This document shows positions 26,553 through 37,884 of a DNA stretch of 64,000 nt, piece after piece (positions within the stretch are counted from its first letter, which is position 1; each line of letters begins with the position of its first letter). Both the position numbers and the translations under genes were made by a program. The notes under the pieces were generated by a model. That model was not told where the DNA came from and made no database searches. It saw only the letters and a program-made list of their open reading frames with translations. The DNA is from Geosiphon pyriformis uo1 (taxonomy: Eukaryota; Fungi; Glomeromycota): contig JAAOMT010000523.1 of assembly GCA_016748015.1 (NCBI GenBank), forward strand, positions 455,221 to 519,220, written 5' to 3'.

Positions 26553-29454
26553 GTGGGCATATTTGTTAATAGTTCTGATTCTGGTTTAATTGGTTTAAAG
26601 ACCTGTTTGAGTGCCAAAAAAAAACATGTGGACAATATTTACTTCTATAGTGTGTTTTATAAGAAACCAAAAAAGCCTGTAGCCAGTAGTGTAATTGACT
26701 TATTAGTTGGTTTTTTAAGCTTAAAAAATGTTGGTGGCACCAGTATTAAATTTATGGTATTCTGGAGCAATAATATTGACAATATTGCAAGTAGTATTAA
26801 TAGTCTATTAGACATCAAAAATATGAAAAATACTGTTGCTAAAGAAATGAGCTACATAAATTTGAATACTTTGGCAAATAACAAAAATATAGATAAAACC
26901 ACACTATTACTCATAGAAAAGAATACAAGAGAAATAGTAGAAAAAAACAGATAAAAAAAATAGACCAATAAAAAAATAGTATTGAGCATGTAAATATATT
27001 ACTGGTAAATTATGGCATATTGCTTAGCAATGTGAGCAATATTAGTAAATTAGTACATATTGTTTAACAATATGAACAATGTTAGTAGATTAAAGCACAT
27101 TACTTAGCAATATAAGCATTGCTCAAGAAATTATACCATATTGCTTATAAATGTGTGAAATTTTGTAAAACATTAATTATATATATATAATAAGAGTATT
27201 AAAAGCAGAAAAGACAGAACATATAATTAGAATTTTTGGTTAAAAAACACAGTTAAAAGCAGTTCAAAATCTATATCACATATTAATAAATTATTAATTA
27301 CTACTTGAATTCATATTATTATTGTTTGATAAAAGAATATTAAAATTATTTTTACTCTATCAACACTTTATGTTAATAAAATTCAACACTTAACCATATT
27401 GAAACAATAGCTCTTGATTATGGCTATTAACAGGATACTAATTTCTTCTTTTATTTTATTTTCTTCTTTATTTCTTTTTTTTCTTTTATTTTGTTTTATG
27501 AATATACTAACTAATTAAAGGAATTAAAGTGCAAAATACTAACATTAGAGAAAAAACTGATAAAAAACCCAGAAATAAGGATAAACACTCAGAATTCAGG
27601 GATAGCTTACCAGAAAACTGGCCATTAAGCTGAGAAAAAAATTGATGAAATAAGATATTCCAAGAAACTATGGACAACAACACATACCAACTCAAAGATT
27701 GGAAAAGAAACTAAAACTATCACAACAGAATATTAACATTGAATTTTTGTTTATTATACAAAGAACTTAACCAAAATTTTCAGATATTACCAACCATATC
27801 ACTTATTAAGTATCAAGTTATGAGTTTGTTATTTGTATCAACATCCTAAATAATTATCTATAACAATGCTAAGAAAAACTTGCATTTGAATGTATGTGCT
27901 AGACCATTCTCTAAAAATGCTTTTATTTAATAATATAAGTGATAATAATAACATTTTGGTTTTTTTATTTTCCAAGTTTGTTGACTTTAATTATTTGCTG
28001 TTGTTCAGATTACATGTTTTGAAAAAACAAAACTTCAAATCTTTTAAATCTTTTGCATTAGATATTGAATTATTTACTGTATCAGACAAAATTAATAGTG
28101 ATAAATTAATTGTAATTAAAAAAATCTATTGAATTAATGGTTTTAGAAGAGCTTTTACTCTTTCAAAATTTCCAGAAATTTTTAAATCATCTTTTACATT
28201 GGAATTTAGTTTGAATAAGACAAAAAAATTGGCAATTTGTGAGAAAATTTTGGTCAATAATAATATTAAGAAAATAAACAGTTGTTTAGATTGGGAAGTA
28301 ATTGTTAAGAAAATTCTAGTTAATTTTCCAAAGTCAATTGTGGAGTCAGTTTTTTCTAAATTTGGTAAAATTATATCAATCAAAATACAGTTAATTGGTT
28401 TTGGCAGGTCTTGGTAGAATTTGAATTATCTGAGACAGCTGATTTGGTCACAGCTAGATAATTTGTATTTATGAGAAAAAATTCTGTGCATGTAGCAAAG
28501 GCAATTAATGATAAACAAACATGAATATTCAGAGATTAACATCAGACTTTGCTGTATATTTTGCCAATTAGAACTACTGTTCATAATATTTCCGATTTGT
28601 TAACATTTTATGGTGAAAAAACCTGTGTTATTGGCTGTAATCCAATTATATATGCTCATAATAAAAATGTGGTTATTTGTTTTAATAATGAAGAGTCAAA
28701 AAATAGTGTTTTTGGTTTTCTGCCAGTTTTTAAGAATATAAATTTGTGCTGGGCTGGTCTTTCTTTGGTCTGTTGTGTTAAATGTAAACAATTTTGTCAT
28801 ATTTTTAATATGTATTCAACTGGTAAAAACTTGGGTGACCATAAAAAAAGAATTGTCAATTCTCAGAATTATGTTTGCTTGACAAACATATATAAAAAAA
28901 AGCAGGCTTTAATTATCTACCAAGTTTTTTTTAGTAGCAAGACATAGACTTAGATGGTTTTATTTGCTGTTTTCTCTGGTAGTACTGGTTCTAGTTCTGG
29001 TTCTAGTTCCTCTGTTTTTAATATCTCAAATAAGAAAAAAAATGTGTTGGTTGCCAAAAATAATTTGTTAATTAATAATTGTCTGGCTTTTCTGGAACAT
29101 TTCTTAGAATTCTTAACAGATCAGGTTTCTGTCATAGTGCACAAACTCAGCAACATGGAATTAGTGTTTTTTGATCTTCTTTCTTTCTCTCACAACTTAA
29201 CTGCCTCAATAGTTGCCAATTTAGATTCAGGTTCAGATATGATTTTGGATGGCCTTAAGTTGATGCCTTCACCTTCTCTTGTTTCTTTTAATGTTTCAGC
29301 TTTGGGTTCAAGTAGTTTAAAAATTTTGACTACTAAGATGAGCTGTTTAAAGTCGAAATTGGTGGCTTTTAAGGCTTTTATTAATTTAGTTCTAGTAAAG
29401 TTGGATTAGTTGTGTGCTAGCTTAATTTCTCTTATAAATACTTTCTCTTAATGA
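26553..29454 (+). pseudogene. LINE B ORF1 (RRM-like domains plus CCHC knuckle), interrupted by a solo LTR
   Basis: RRM-like VIVKKILVNFPKSIVESVFSKFGKIISIKIQL and LLYILPIRTTVHNIS...; knuckle CVKCKQFCH. The reading frame resumes across the insertion at 26905-27865. Confidence 0.8.
26905..27865 (+). mobile_element. Solo LTR (961 bp), same superfamily as elements A and E
   Basis: Begins tattactcatagaaa (cf. tgttactcatagaaa) and ends ctataaca; its 3' half aligns with the A/E LTRs. Flanks ACAC / ATGC are consistent with an ACGC TSD decayed at the CpG. Confidence 0.88.
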
Positions 29455-32400
29455 GTAAATTGGTCTGAAAAATAGCTACATGCAATTTTTGGGATATTAA
29501 TGTCCTTGTCAAGCAGAAAAACATTGTTTGTTAGCATAAAGAATCAGAAAATTTGGTTTCAATTGTTACAAAAATAAAGTTAAGATCTGATATTAAGCTC
29601 TAAATTATGAATAAATTTAATGAGATAAAGATTTTTTCATCTGAATTAAACAAGAAATTTTTTGGTGCTAAAGTAACAATTATTATAGACAATTCTTTGG
29701 CTTATCATGTGTCAAAGATTGAAAAAGTTTCTGGTTGTCTTATTTCAATTTGGCTTTTCTTTAAAAGCAAGCTTTCAATTACATTCCTAAGTTTATATCC
29801 TGGTGCTTCTACTGAGATTAAGTTTGAACTGGCTTTAAAAGTCAACTCTTTCATTGTTAAAGCAGTCAATTCTAGCAGTTTTATGGTTTTGGATGGGGAT
29901 TTTAATGAGAATAAGTCTAAAAAGAGTGCAAGTTTCAAGTTTTGTTCAAATTTAGGTTTAGTTAATTTATTTAGTGAGCATTTATTGGTTGAGGTTTTTA
30001 CATAAAACAATTTGAAAGATGTTAAAAAAGTCATTAATTATGTTTTAGTAAATGAGAGTTTGGCATCTGCAATTATGAATTATGTAGTCTATGCTCTGTT
30101 TTAATTTTTTAATACTGATTACAAGACTGTTTTAGTTTCAATTGGTTTGGATGGTCTTCTGAATATTCAGTTGAATAACACAAACAGACTAATAAAAATT
30201 GTTGAAAGTTTAGAATCAAAAATGCAAATAATGTTAAATGGGCATGATTTAAGTATTGTTCTTTAACCAAGTTTTTAGTGATAGAAAATAAGTTCTCAAA
30301 GACAAAAACTTGTGAGGATCTGAATACTATGTGAAAATTGTTGGAAAGAATAATAGTAGAGTCAGCAGATAAAACATTTTTTAAGTATTGGTTTAGTGAA
30401 TTGCAGTGTATAAGAAACTGGCAATCATCAAAGTTTTTTGGATTGAAACTACTAATTACCAAGATTGTTAAAAAATTAAGCTTAGATAACATAAGTGGAT
30501 TTAAATATCTTGCTAAAAAATGGTTAACTTTGAATAGTAATAAGACTCTTAAATTTATTGTTATAGTTTTGAATAGTAAAAATTCAATAGATGTTCTCAA
30601 ATATTTGTTAATAATTTATAAAAAATATAGAAAGTCCAAGCTTTATAAATCGAAATTGACTGAAAAGACTTTTATTAGGAAGGTTATTAAAAAGTGCATG
30701 AAAAATTTTTGTTCTAATAAAGAGAGCATGATCAAAAGTATTCTGGATTGGCTTTTTTGCAAAATAGTTTTGAATTACTTGGTGGTAGAAGGTGAGTTGG
30801 TTTTGGAGCTAAAAGAAGTAAAACTTAATGTTAATAAGATTATAAAAGAATAGATAAGAAAATAAAATGTGCTTTTAGTAATATCTAATCTTTGGGCTCA
30901 TTAATATTCACCATTAAATTATGTGAATGATAATGTCTTCTCTGATGTGATGAGTATAATCAATATAGAAAATTTGTTTTTGGTTATTGATGGTCTGTTT
31001 GATGATAAGACTGTTGATCTGTCTGGCATTTCTAATAAACTTTGGAAGCATAATAATAACAATGTAGTAAGATGTTTTCTGAAAATGTTAAACACATATT
31101 TGTTCTTTGACAGTGTTCTTGTTTTATGGAAGAAAACTTGAATCTTAATGATTTTGAAATCTTATAATTGGGATAAGGTCTTAATAAACACTCAACTTAT
31201 TGTTCTAATTAAGATGGCTAAGAAAATTTTTTCCAAAGTTCTTTCTAATCAGATTTCAGCTGTATGTAGCAGGTTTGGTGTTCTTTAGAGTAATAATTTT
31301 TCAGTTTTAAAGAGTACATTCATTTAGTCTTCTGTGTTTACTGTTAAGTCAATAGTTAAAGATGTTTTGGAAAAAAATAAAGAGCTTTGATTGGTCTTAC
31401 AAGGTATACACAAAACATATGATTCAGTTGGTTGGCACTATTTAAGAGCTAGCTTATAGCAAATTAAAATGTGTAAAAAGTTTATTGGGTTTTTTAATGG
31501 TATACATGAAGATAAGATTAATAAGATAATGATTGATTTTGGTCTTTCAAAAAACTATAGAATACATGATGGATTAGACCAAAATGAAGTCTTCTTATCT
31601 TTTCTTTAAAAAATTTCTTATGATTCTCTGTTGTACAAAATTAAGAGACATGAACATTTGTGTGAATATAAGATTGATACTAAGTTTGTTGTTAAAATAG
31701 GCAGGATTGAGAACATTGATAAAATGTCTTCATTCTTTGCTATAAGTACATTCATTGATAATACAATCTGAATTGGAAATTGTTAAGTCTCTACACAATA
31801 TGCTTTAGATATTGCAAGTAAATTTTTTAGAGTTAATGACATTTTAATTAACAATAAAAAGACTATAGTCATTTTTATTAACCAAGATGTTAAAGTTGCT
31901 TCTTTGAAAATTAGTAGACTGCCAATTTTAATTGCTAAGAAAAGAGACTCACATAAATATCTTGGTATTTTTTGTCAATTAAGGAACTGTTTAAGCCAAG
32001 TCTAATAAAAAATTATTCAGATGTTTGATTTTTTGTTAATGTGGTGTTTAAAAAGACTATTATTGATAAGCAGTTCTCTTATCTGGTATTGGGTGTTCTT
32101 TAGCTTATAATTAGCTATAAGTCTCAGTTTAGTTTTGTCTTATTAAATGTGTACTATAAGTGGGATGTGATAGTTAAAAAATATATTAAATTCAAGACTG
32201 GTTTGCCATATAACTTTTTAAGTAAAACTCTGCAATATTTTTCTCTGTATGATTTGAAATCATTCAAACAGATTCAGACTAAGAGCATATTATTATCAAT
32301 AGTTATATTTGCTAATACTTAAAATATTCTTGAGCATTGGTTTAAACACTGATTTTTGGATTTGCAGGTTCTAGGTTAAGTCTTTTTAAATTTTTTGAGG

Positions 32401-34108
32401 CATTTTATCAGATTGCATGTTAGTTTTGTTAATAATTTTTTGACTGGAGTTGTGAAAGTCTTTTTGGTCAATAGAATTTCTCTAAATAATGTCTTGTTTA
32501 ATGCTTTTTGCAGTTCTAAAAAAGTCTTGATGTCTGATATTTTAAAGAAGTCTTTGTATTATAATTTAGTTCATTCTCTTAGAAGATTTGGGGTGGCATT
32601 TGGTGATAAACTTTTGGATAAAAAGGACAAAGTAATAGATTAGATCTCAGAGGCCCAGTGCTATTCTGGTTTAGATTGGCTTTAAAATTTTTGGGTAATA
32701 GTAAACTAACAGCATTCAGTTCTTCTTAAGTTAGCAAGCATTGTATCTTAAATATGCTGGATTTTGTTGGATTTTCTGAGATTTATAAACATTTGCATAA
32801 GATTTGGTCAGATGTTTTGAATGTGTATACAGATTGCTTTTTAAGAAACTTAGACTCTTTTAAAGTTGCTAATAGGGCTGTTGCATATTTTTCTGTTGTA
32901 AATATGGGTATTGGCATTGAAATAGATAGTCTTCTGTTATCCACTTTAACTGAACTACAGACTGTTGCTTTGTCTTTGGAGTGTATTCTTTTGTCTTGTA
33001 CAATAGTTCTATATTCGGACAGCCAAGTGGCTATTAATGCATGTGCTGCTAAAATTAATTATGTTATGCTGAATTTTTGCAACTATTATTAAATAAAAAG
33101 GAGACATATAAACAATTTAATAAGAGATAAAGATTTCTTAATTAAGTGGATAAAAGTTAAAAGTCATTCAGAGATATAGGGTAATAAAAAGACTGATCAA
33201 TTGATTAGTAAAACTGCTAGATCTTGTTTGTTTCTGTTAATCAGGATTAAAAAATGTTATATTGTAATTAAAGACATAGCAGTCTTTGACAATACATATT
33301 ACTTTATCCAGAATATATATATATCCATATCTTATGCTCAATAAGAGATTGGTTTTGGTTATTAAATAGTACTTGGTGCTTTGATTAAGAAAGTAAATTG
33401 CTGTCTACTACTAAAGTATGGCACCCTAATTCGCATATGTTGTCTGACTTTATTAATAAAAAGTCTGCTAATCTGTGAACTTATTTAATGAAGACTGTAC
33501 ATAGGCATTTACCAGTAGCAGTCAGAAAAAAATTATATAATAAGAATTATTTGAGTGTGCTGTATTTGCTGTGTAATGAAGTGAAGCTTTCAGATTATGC
33601 TTTTACATGCATTAAAAATATTGGAAGCTGTAAGAATATTCTTGCAAAGTTCTTTAATAAGTAAATTTCTGTGTCTGGTTTATGTAACCTTTTGTTTTCT
33701 CCTATGCTGAAAACTTTCTTCTATTGCTTGGTAAATGTGGACTTGTATAGTGTAATTTGTAAGAGTTTTGTGCTTAAAAATTGGTGTGTAAAAGCATTGG
33801 CAGTGTTTAAAACTAGAAAAAAAGCTGTGGTAGTTGTTGTTTTATTTGTGAGTTAATTAGTAGAGAAGCATTGTTTATTGGTTTGGCTCAGTAGAGCTAG
33901 CTTTAGGGCTGGAATAGAAAAGACCAGTTTGATAAGTAATGGTGGTGTGGTATACAATTTGTTTTGTGACTTAACAGCTGAATTGTCAGATAACATGATC
34001 CAACTTCTTAGTATTGCTAAGTTCTTTGCTGTTAGTTTTAATAAACATAAGCTGTGTTTCTTTTTTTCGAGTTTAATTAGCAGTATAAGAATTGTGATAG
34101 ATGTATAA
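29451..34108 (+). pseudogene. LINE B ORF2: APE endonuclease - reverse transcriptase - RNase H - CCHC zinc finger
   Basis: APE: KIATCN, VLDGDFNE. RT: KTYDSVGW, GLDQNE, FIDNTI, HKYLGIF. RNase H: VYTD, TELQT, YSDSQ, WIKVKSH..GN..TDQL. Zn finger: LLCNEVKLSDYAFTC. Many premature stops. Confidence 0.9.
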
Positions 34109-34229
34109 TATTGTTTTGTTTGGCCCAAGTAGCTGGTCACATGTAATAAATACATGAGTCATATCTAATTTGGGTTACTTAATTTGATTTTATAGATCAA
34201 ATAACAATTGGATTTTATTTATTAAATTG

Positions 34230-36955
34230 TATTAATAATAAAAAAAGCAAACAAGTTTGAAATTTAGATTTAATAACAGCATTAACAATAGAAATAATTG
34301 GAAAAACAGCAGAAAAAAAAGCCAAAAGAGCAAAAGTCTTAATATAAAATTTTTTATTAACAGAAAAAACATAAAAAACTTAAAATCAATGACAAACTTA
34401 AGAAACAATTTAAAAAAAAGAGTAAAAACACTTTGTATTTAACAAAAAAATAATTCTAACTTTAATATCTATAATAGTAGTAGCATCTAAAAGTTTTTTA
34501 CCAAATATAGTATTTGTATAAAGTATTAGTTTTTGTTATTACAAGTTTTAATATCTTATAAGACTCAAAAGTAATAATAATAAAACATTAATCATAATAA
34601 AAATTAAAAAAACAAAGAATAAAACAAGTATAATTACTTATCTAAAAAATCAAATTACTAATTTTAAAAGCAATACAACCAAAAAAAAAGTTAATTAATT
34701 TGTTTTTAAATAAAAATATTTTAAAATAATAACTTTTTTTTAATTAAAGAAAGAAAAAATCCAAATATTACTTTTTTAATTAATACAAACCAGTTACTAA
34801 AAGCAACAACAGCAAAAAAAAAGTTCTTAAAAGTCATAATAGTATATTATTACAAATCAATAGACTTACATTTTACAGAATTAATAACATTAAAAACACC
34901 AAAAGTATTTATAATATTATTAAAAAATATACCAAAAAAAACATTATAAAATACAATAAAAATAAGAAAAAAAACCAGAAACTGTTAAAGAAAATTTCAC
35001 AATTATAAACATGATCAAAAAAAAGACCACCAATAAAAATTTTAATAACAATAACTAAAAAATTTTTAAAAGCAAAGTTTATACAAAACAACTTAATATT
35101 ATTTTTAGAAACCAACTTAAGTTTAACAAGTTAGTATTATCCAAGTAGAAAAATTAATCCAAAAACTATGAAAAATGTAATTAAAAACATGATAATATAA
35201 AATAATACAGAATAATACAAAAAAATACATAATAATACATAATAATTTGGGATAACATAATATAAAATATGATAACATAATATAGCATAAAATAACTAAT
35301 CAAAACTTATAATAATTAGTAATAACATAGAAAAATAAAACAATAACAAAAATAGCAAATAATAGTTAACAATAACAAAACAATTAAAAGCAATTTTGTA
35401 AAATTAAAGTGGTTATAAAAAATAAAAAGACAGATAAACAAAAATTAACTTCTTTCTACTTATATCTAATATATATTTCTTAATAAACTCTTACTTATAT
35501 CTATACTCAACTTATTAAAATAAAATAAAAATATTCAAAGCCAAAATTACTTATACATAATTTTTGAATTTATGTGTTCTAATTAAATTAATTGTTGTTT
35601 TTTACCTTTATTCTTGGCCAAATGCTTTTAACATAAAATGTTTCAGACCATCAAACAACTTGGATCAATTGCTTTTAATTATGATAATTAACAATATTAA
35701 TTTTTTTTTTTAAGTTTTATTTTATTTTATTTTTATTTTTTTATTTTTATTTTTATTTTTTTTATTCTTTATTCTTTATTCTTTTGTAAAGCAGCAACAT
35801 AAAAAAATTAACTGTTTAAAAATAGACTTTGTAATAATCTGATAAAAAAGAAAAGCTTCTCCTAAGATTAAATATTAATATTATCTTATTAGCTTACCAA
35901 AAAAGCAAAAAAACACTACTAGATCTTAATAATAACACTTGACTAATTCAAAAAAAATAGCTTACATATACAAATTATAATATTGCAAAATTATATCTTT
36001 GTGTCTTATAATTAAAGAATTCTACAAGTAAATCTACATCTATTAAGAAACTTTTAGAGACTAATAACATTAACACACTACATCAGTCTATAAAAAAAAA
36101 CTTTTAAACTCCTCTTATTTAAATTTAGAGCACTAAATATTATCACTATATCTCATCAAGTTTACTTATAACATTAGACAATAGATAAAACAAAAAATTA
36201 ATTAAAGCCAATTTAATCTTAAAAGTAATATCAAATACGAAAATAGAAACCACTTATTTAAAAAACTTTTAACAACTAAAAATTGTTTTTTGGTATCATC
36301 AAAAGCAGCACCAAAAAACAAAAAAGCAAAAAATAATTTAATTTTTATTTAATTAGCCCAATTTTTAAAATTAAATAATTCAATAAGTTGTTTTGCTTTT
36401 AGAACCAATGATAATCTGTTAAAAAACATTATATTTGAAATTACAAAAAGTTTTGGTATAATAATAGTAAACATAAATAATTGTTACTGTTTTTTTGATT
36501 TTTTGGCTTTTTTAATTATTTATAAAGTGATAATAGTAGTATTGATAATAAAAATAAGAAAAATCAACTTGTTAGTTAGTCTATTGTTACAAATTTTAAA
36601 ACTTTTAAAAAGAGTAAAAATAACATTAGAACCAATTTAAATATGTTTTTTAAAAAAACTTTGATTAAAAAAAACTATTATTAAAAGTAAAAAATACTTT
36701 AAAAATTACCAAAAGCAATTTATTACTACTAATATTTAAGAAAAATGTTACCAAAATGTTTTGTCTAATTGTTTCAATAATAAAAAAAACTTTTTTTTGT
36801 TGAAACTTTGTTAATTACAATAAAAAAAGTAATATTTAAAACTTTTTTGTTTTTTGTTTTAGTTGTGATTATAAAAATAGAAGAAAAAAAAAGATTCAAT
36901 TTATTTTTTTTGTAAAATTATATAATTTTTTTAAATTTGCTAAGTTTATATATAC
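34230..36955 (-). mobile_element. Old LINE-like relic X2 (ORF1-type), interrupted by a solo LTR
   Basis: Reverse complement gives IITTKTKNKK (~36870), VSKNNIKLFCINF (35115) and a decayed knuckle region (IW*KTFRCYYYYRY, ~34480); homologous to X1. Confidence 0.6.
35135..36173 (+). mobile_element. Solo LTR (1039 bp), divergent family
   Basis: tattatcc...ttataaca ends (decayed TGTTAC...GTAACA); perfect TTAG TSD at 35131-35134 and 36174-36177; T-rich tract and tagcttacca motif as in the other LTRs. Confidence 0.78.
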
Positions 36956-37825
36956 TGTTACTCATAGAAATATAGGGAATATATATTAGCATAGTTATTA
37001 ACCAATCAGAAGTAGACATAGTAAAATGTGGAATTCTAGAATTCCTCTTAGGAATTGCAGAATTCCAGGAATTACAGGATTCTTACAAGGAATTGCAAGA
37101 TTCCAAAATTCCACGATTTCTCTCAAAAAAATTGCAGAATTCCAGGAATTCCAGGATTCCTGTTGTGAAGAATTGAGGAATTGAGGAATCTCAATTATGT
37201 ATATATAGCAGTAGGATTAGAAGCTAAAAAAACAGATCTCTCAGTTTAAATTTTATTTAGACAACTTTCCAAACCACAAATAAATAACTGTTTGTTATCT
37301 CAAACTCACTGCTACTATCAACATGAAGTGTTGATAGTAATTGATACTTAACCACACTAGAACAATAGCTTTTAATCATGGCTATTGATGGAATACTAAC
37401 TTGCAAATTGCTTTGGCTTATTTTTTTTCTTTTTTTATTTTTTTTCTTTTCTTTATTTCTTGCTTTGATTTTATTGTTGTTTACTAACTCTATTGAAGAT
37501 TAACGTATGGAGTACTGACATCAGAATAAATGTGACTGGTAAAAGACCCAGAAATAAGAGTAGAACACTCGATTAAAGATAGCTTACCAGGAGAAATACC
37601 AGCCATCAAGCTGAGAAAAAAATTGATGAAACTGCAGTTTCGGGAAGCTATGGATAAAACTATTACCATTAAATCTCTATCCATTATACAAAGAACTCAA
37701 CCAAACTCTTTAAATACAAACCTTTCAGACACAAATCTTCAGATCACTATCAACTGCAACTAGATTTGAGTATCAAGTTACAGATTTGTTATTTAATCCA
37801 ACACCAGAAATAGTCACCTGTAACA
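36956..37825 (+). repeat. 5' LTR of element A
   Basis: Direct repeat of 41468-42335, roughly 90% identical by eye. Confidence 0.95.
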
Positions 37826-37827
37826 TT

Positions 37828-37843
37828 TGGTGCTCTCTGTGAG
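37828..37843 (+). promoter_or_regulatory. Primer-binding site TGGTGCTCTCTGTGAG (elongator tRNA-Met-like)
   Basis: Starts 2 nt after the LTR; its complement reads ...CTCACAGAGAGCACCA. The same PBS, decayed, is at 50527-50542. The tRNA identity is inferred. Confidence 0.8.
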
Positions 37844-37884
37844 ATATAATCCTATAGAAAACCAGCACCAACATAAATCTAAAA

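Larger units (their letters stand above)
26460..34226 (+). mobile_element. LINE B: near-full-length decayed non-LTR retrotransposon with RNase H
   Basis: ORF1 and ORF2 domains occur in canonical order; the 3' UTR (~34110-34226) is homologous to that of LINE C. The 5' boundary is approximate. Confidence 0.9.

Noticed and set aside
37030-37190. GAATTC-rich repeat array as CRISPR-like
   Set aside because: Short tandem sub-repeats inside a eukaryotic LTR; no unique spacers and no cas genes.
37510-37670. Hammerhead ribozyme (retrozyme) in the LTRs, or HDV-like ribozyme at the LINE 5' ends
   Set aside because: No complete CUGANGA...GAAA core with matching stems is visible; decay prevents a call without a consensus and a covariance-model search.
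37490-37684. Antisense ORFs in the LTR 3' half (also 27507-27695)
   Set aside because: Their similarity follows from DNA homology of the LTRs; no equivalent ORF is listed for the other LTR copies.
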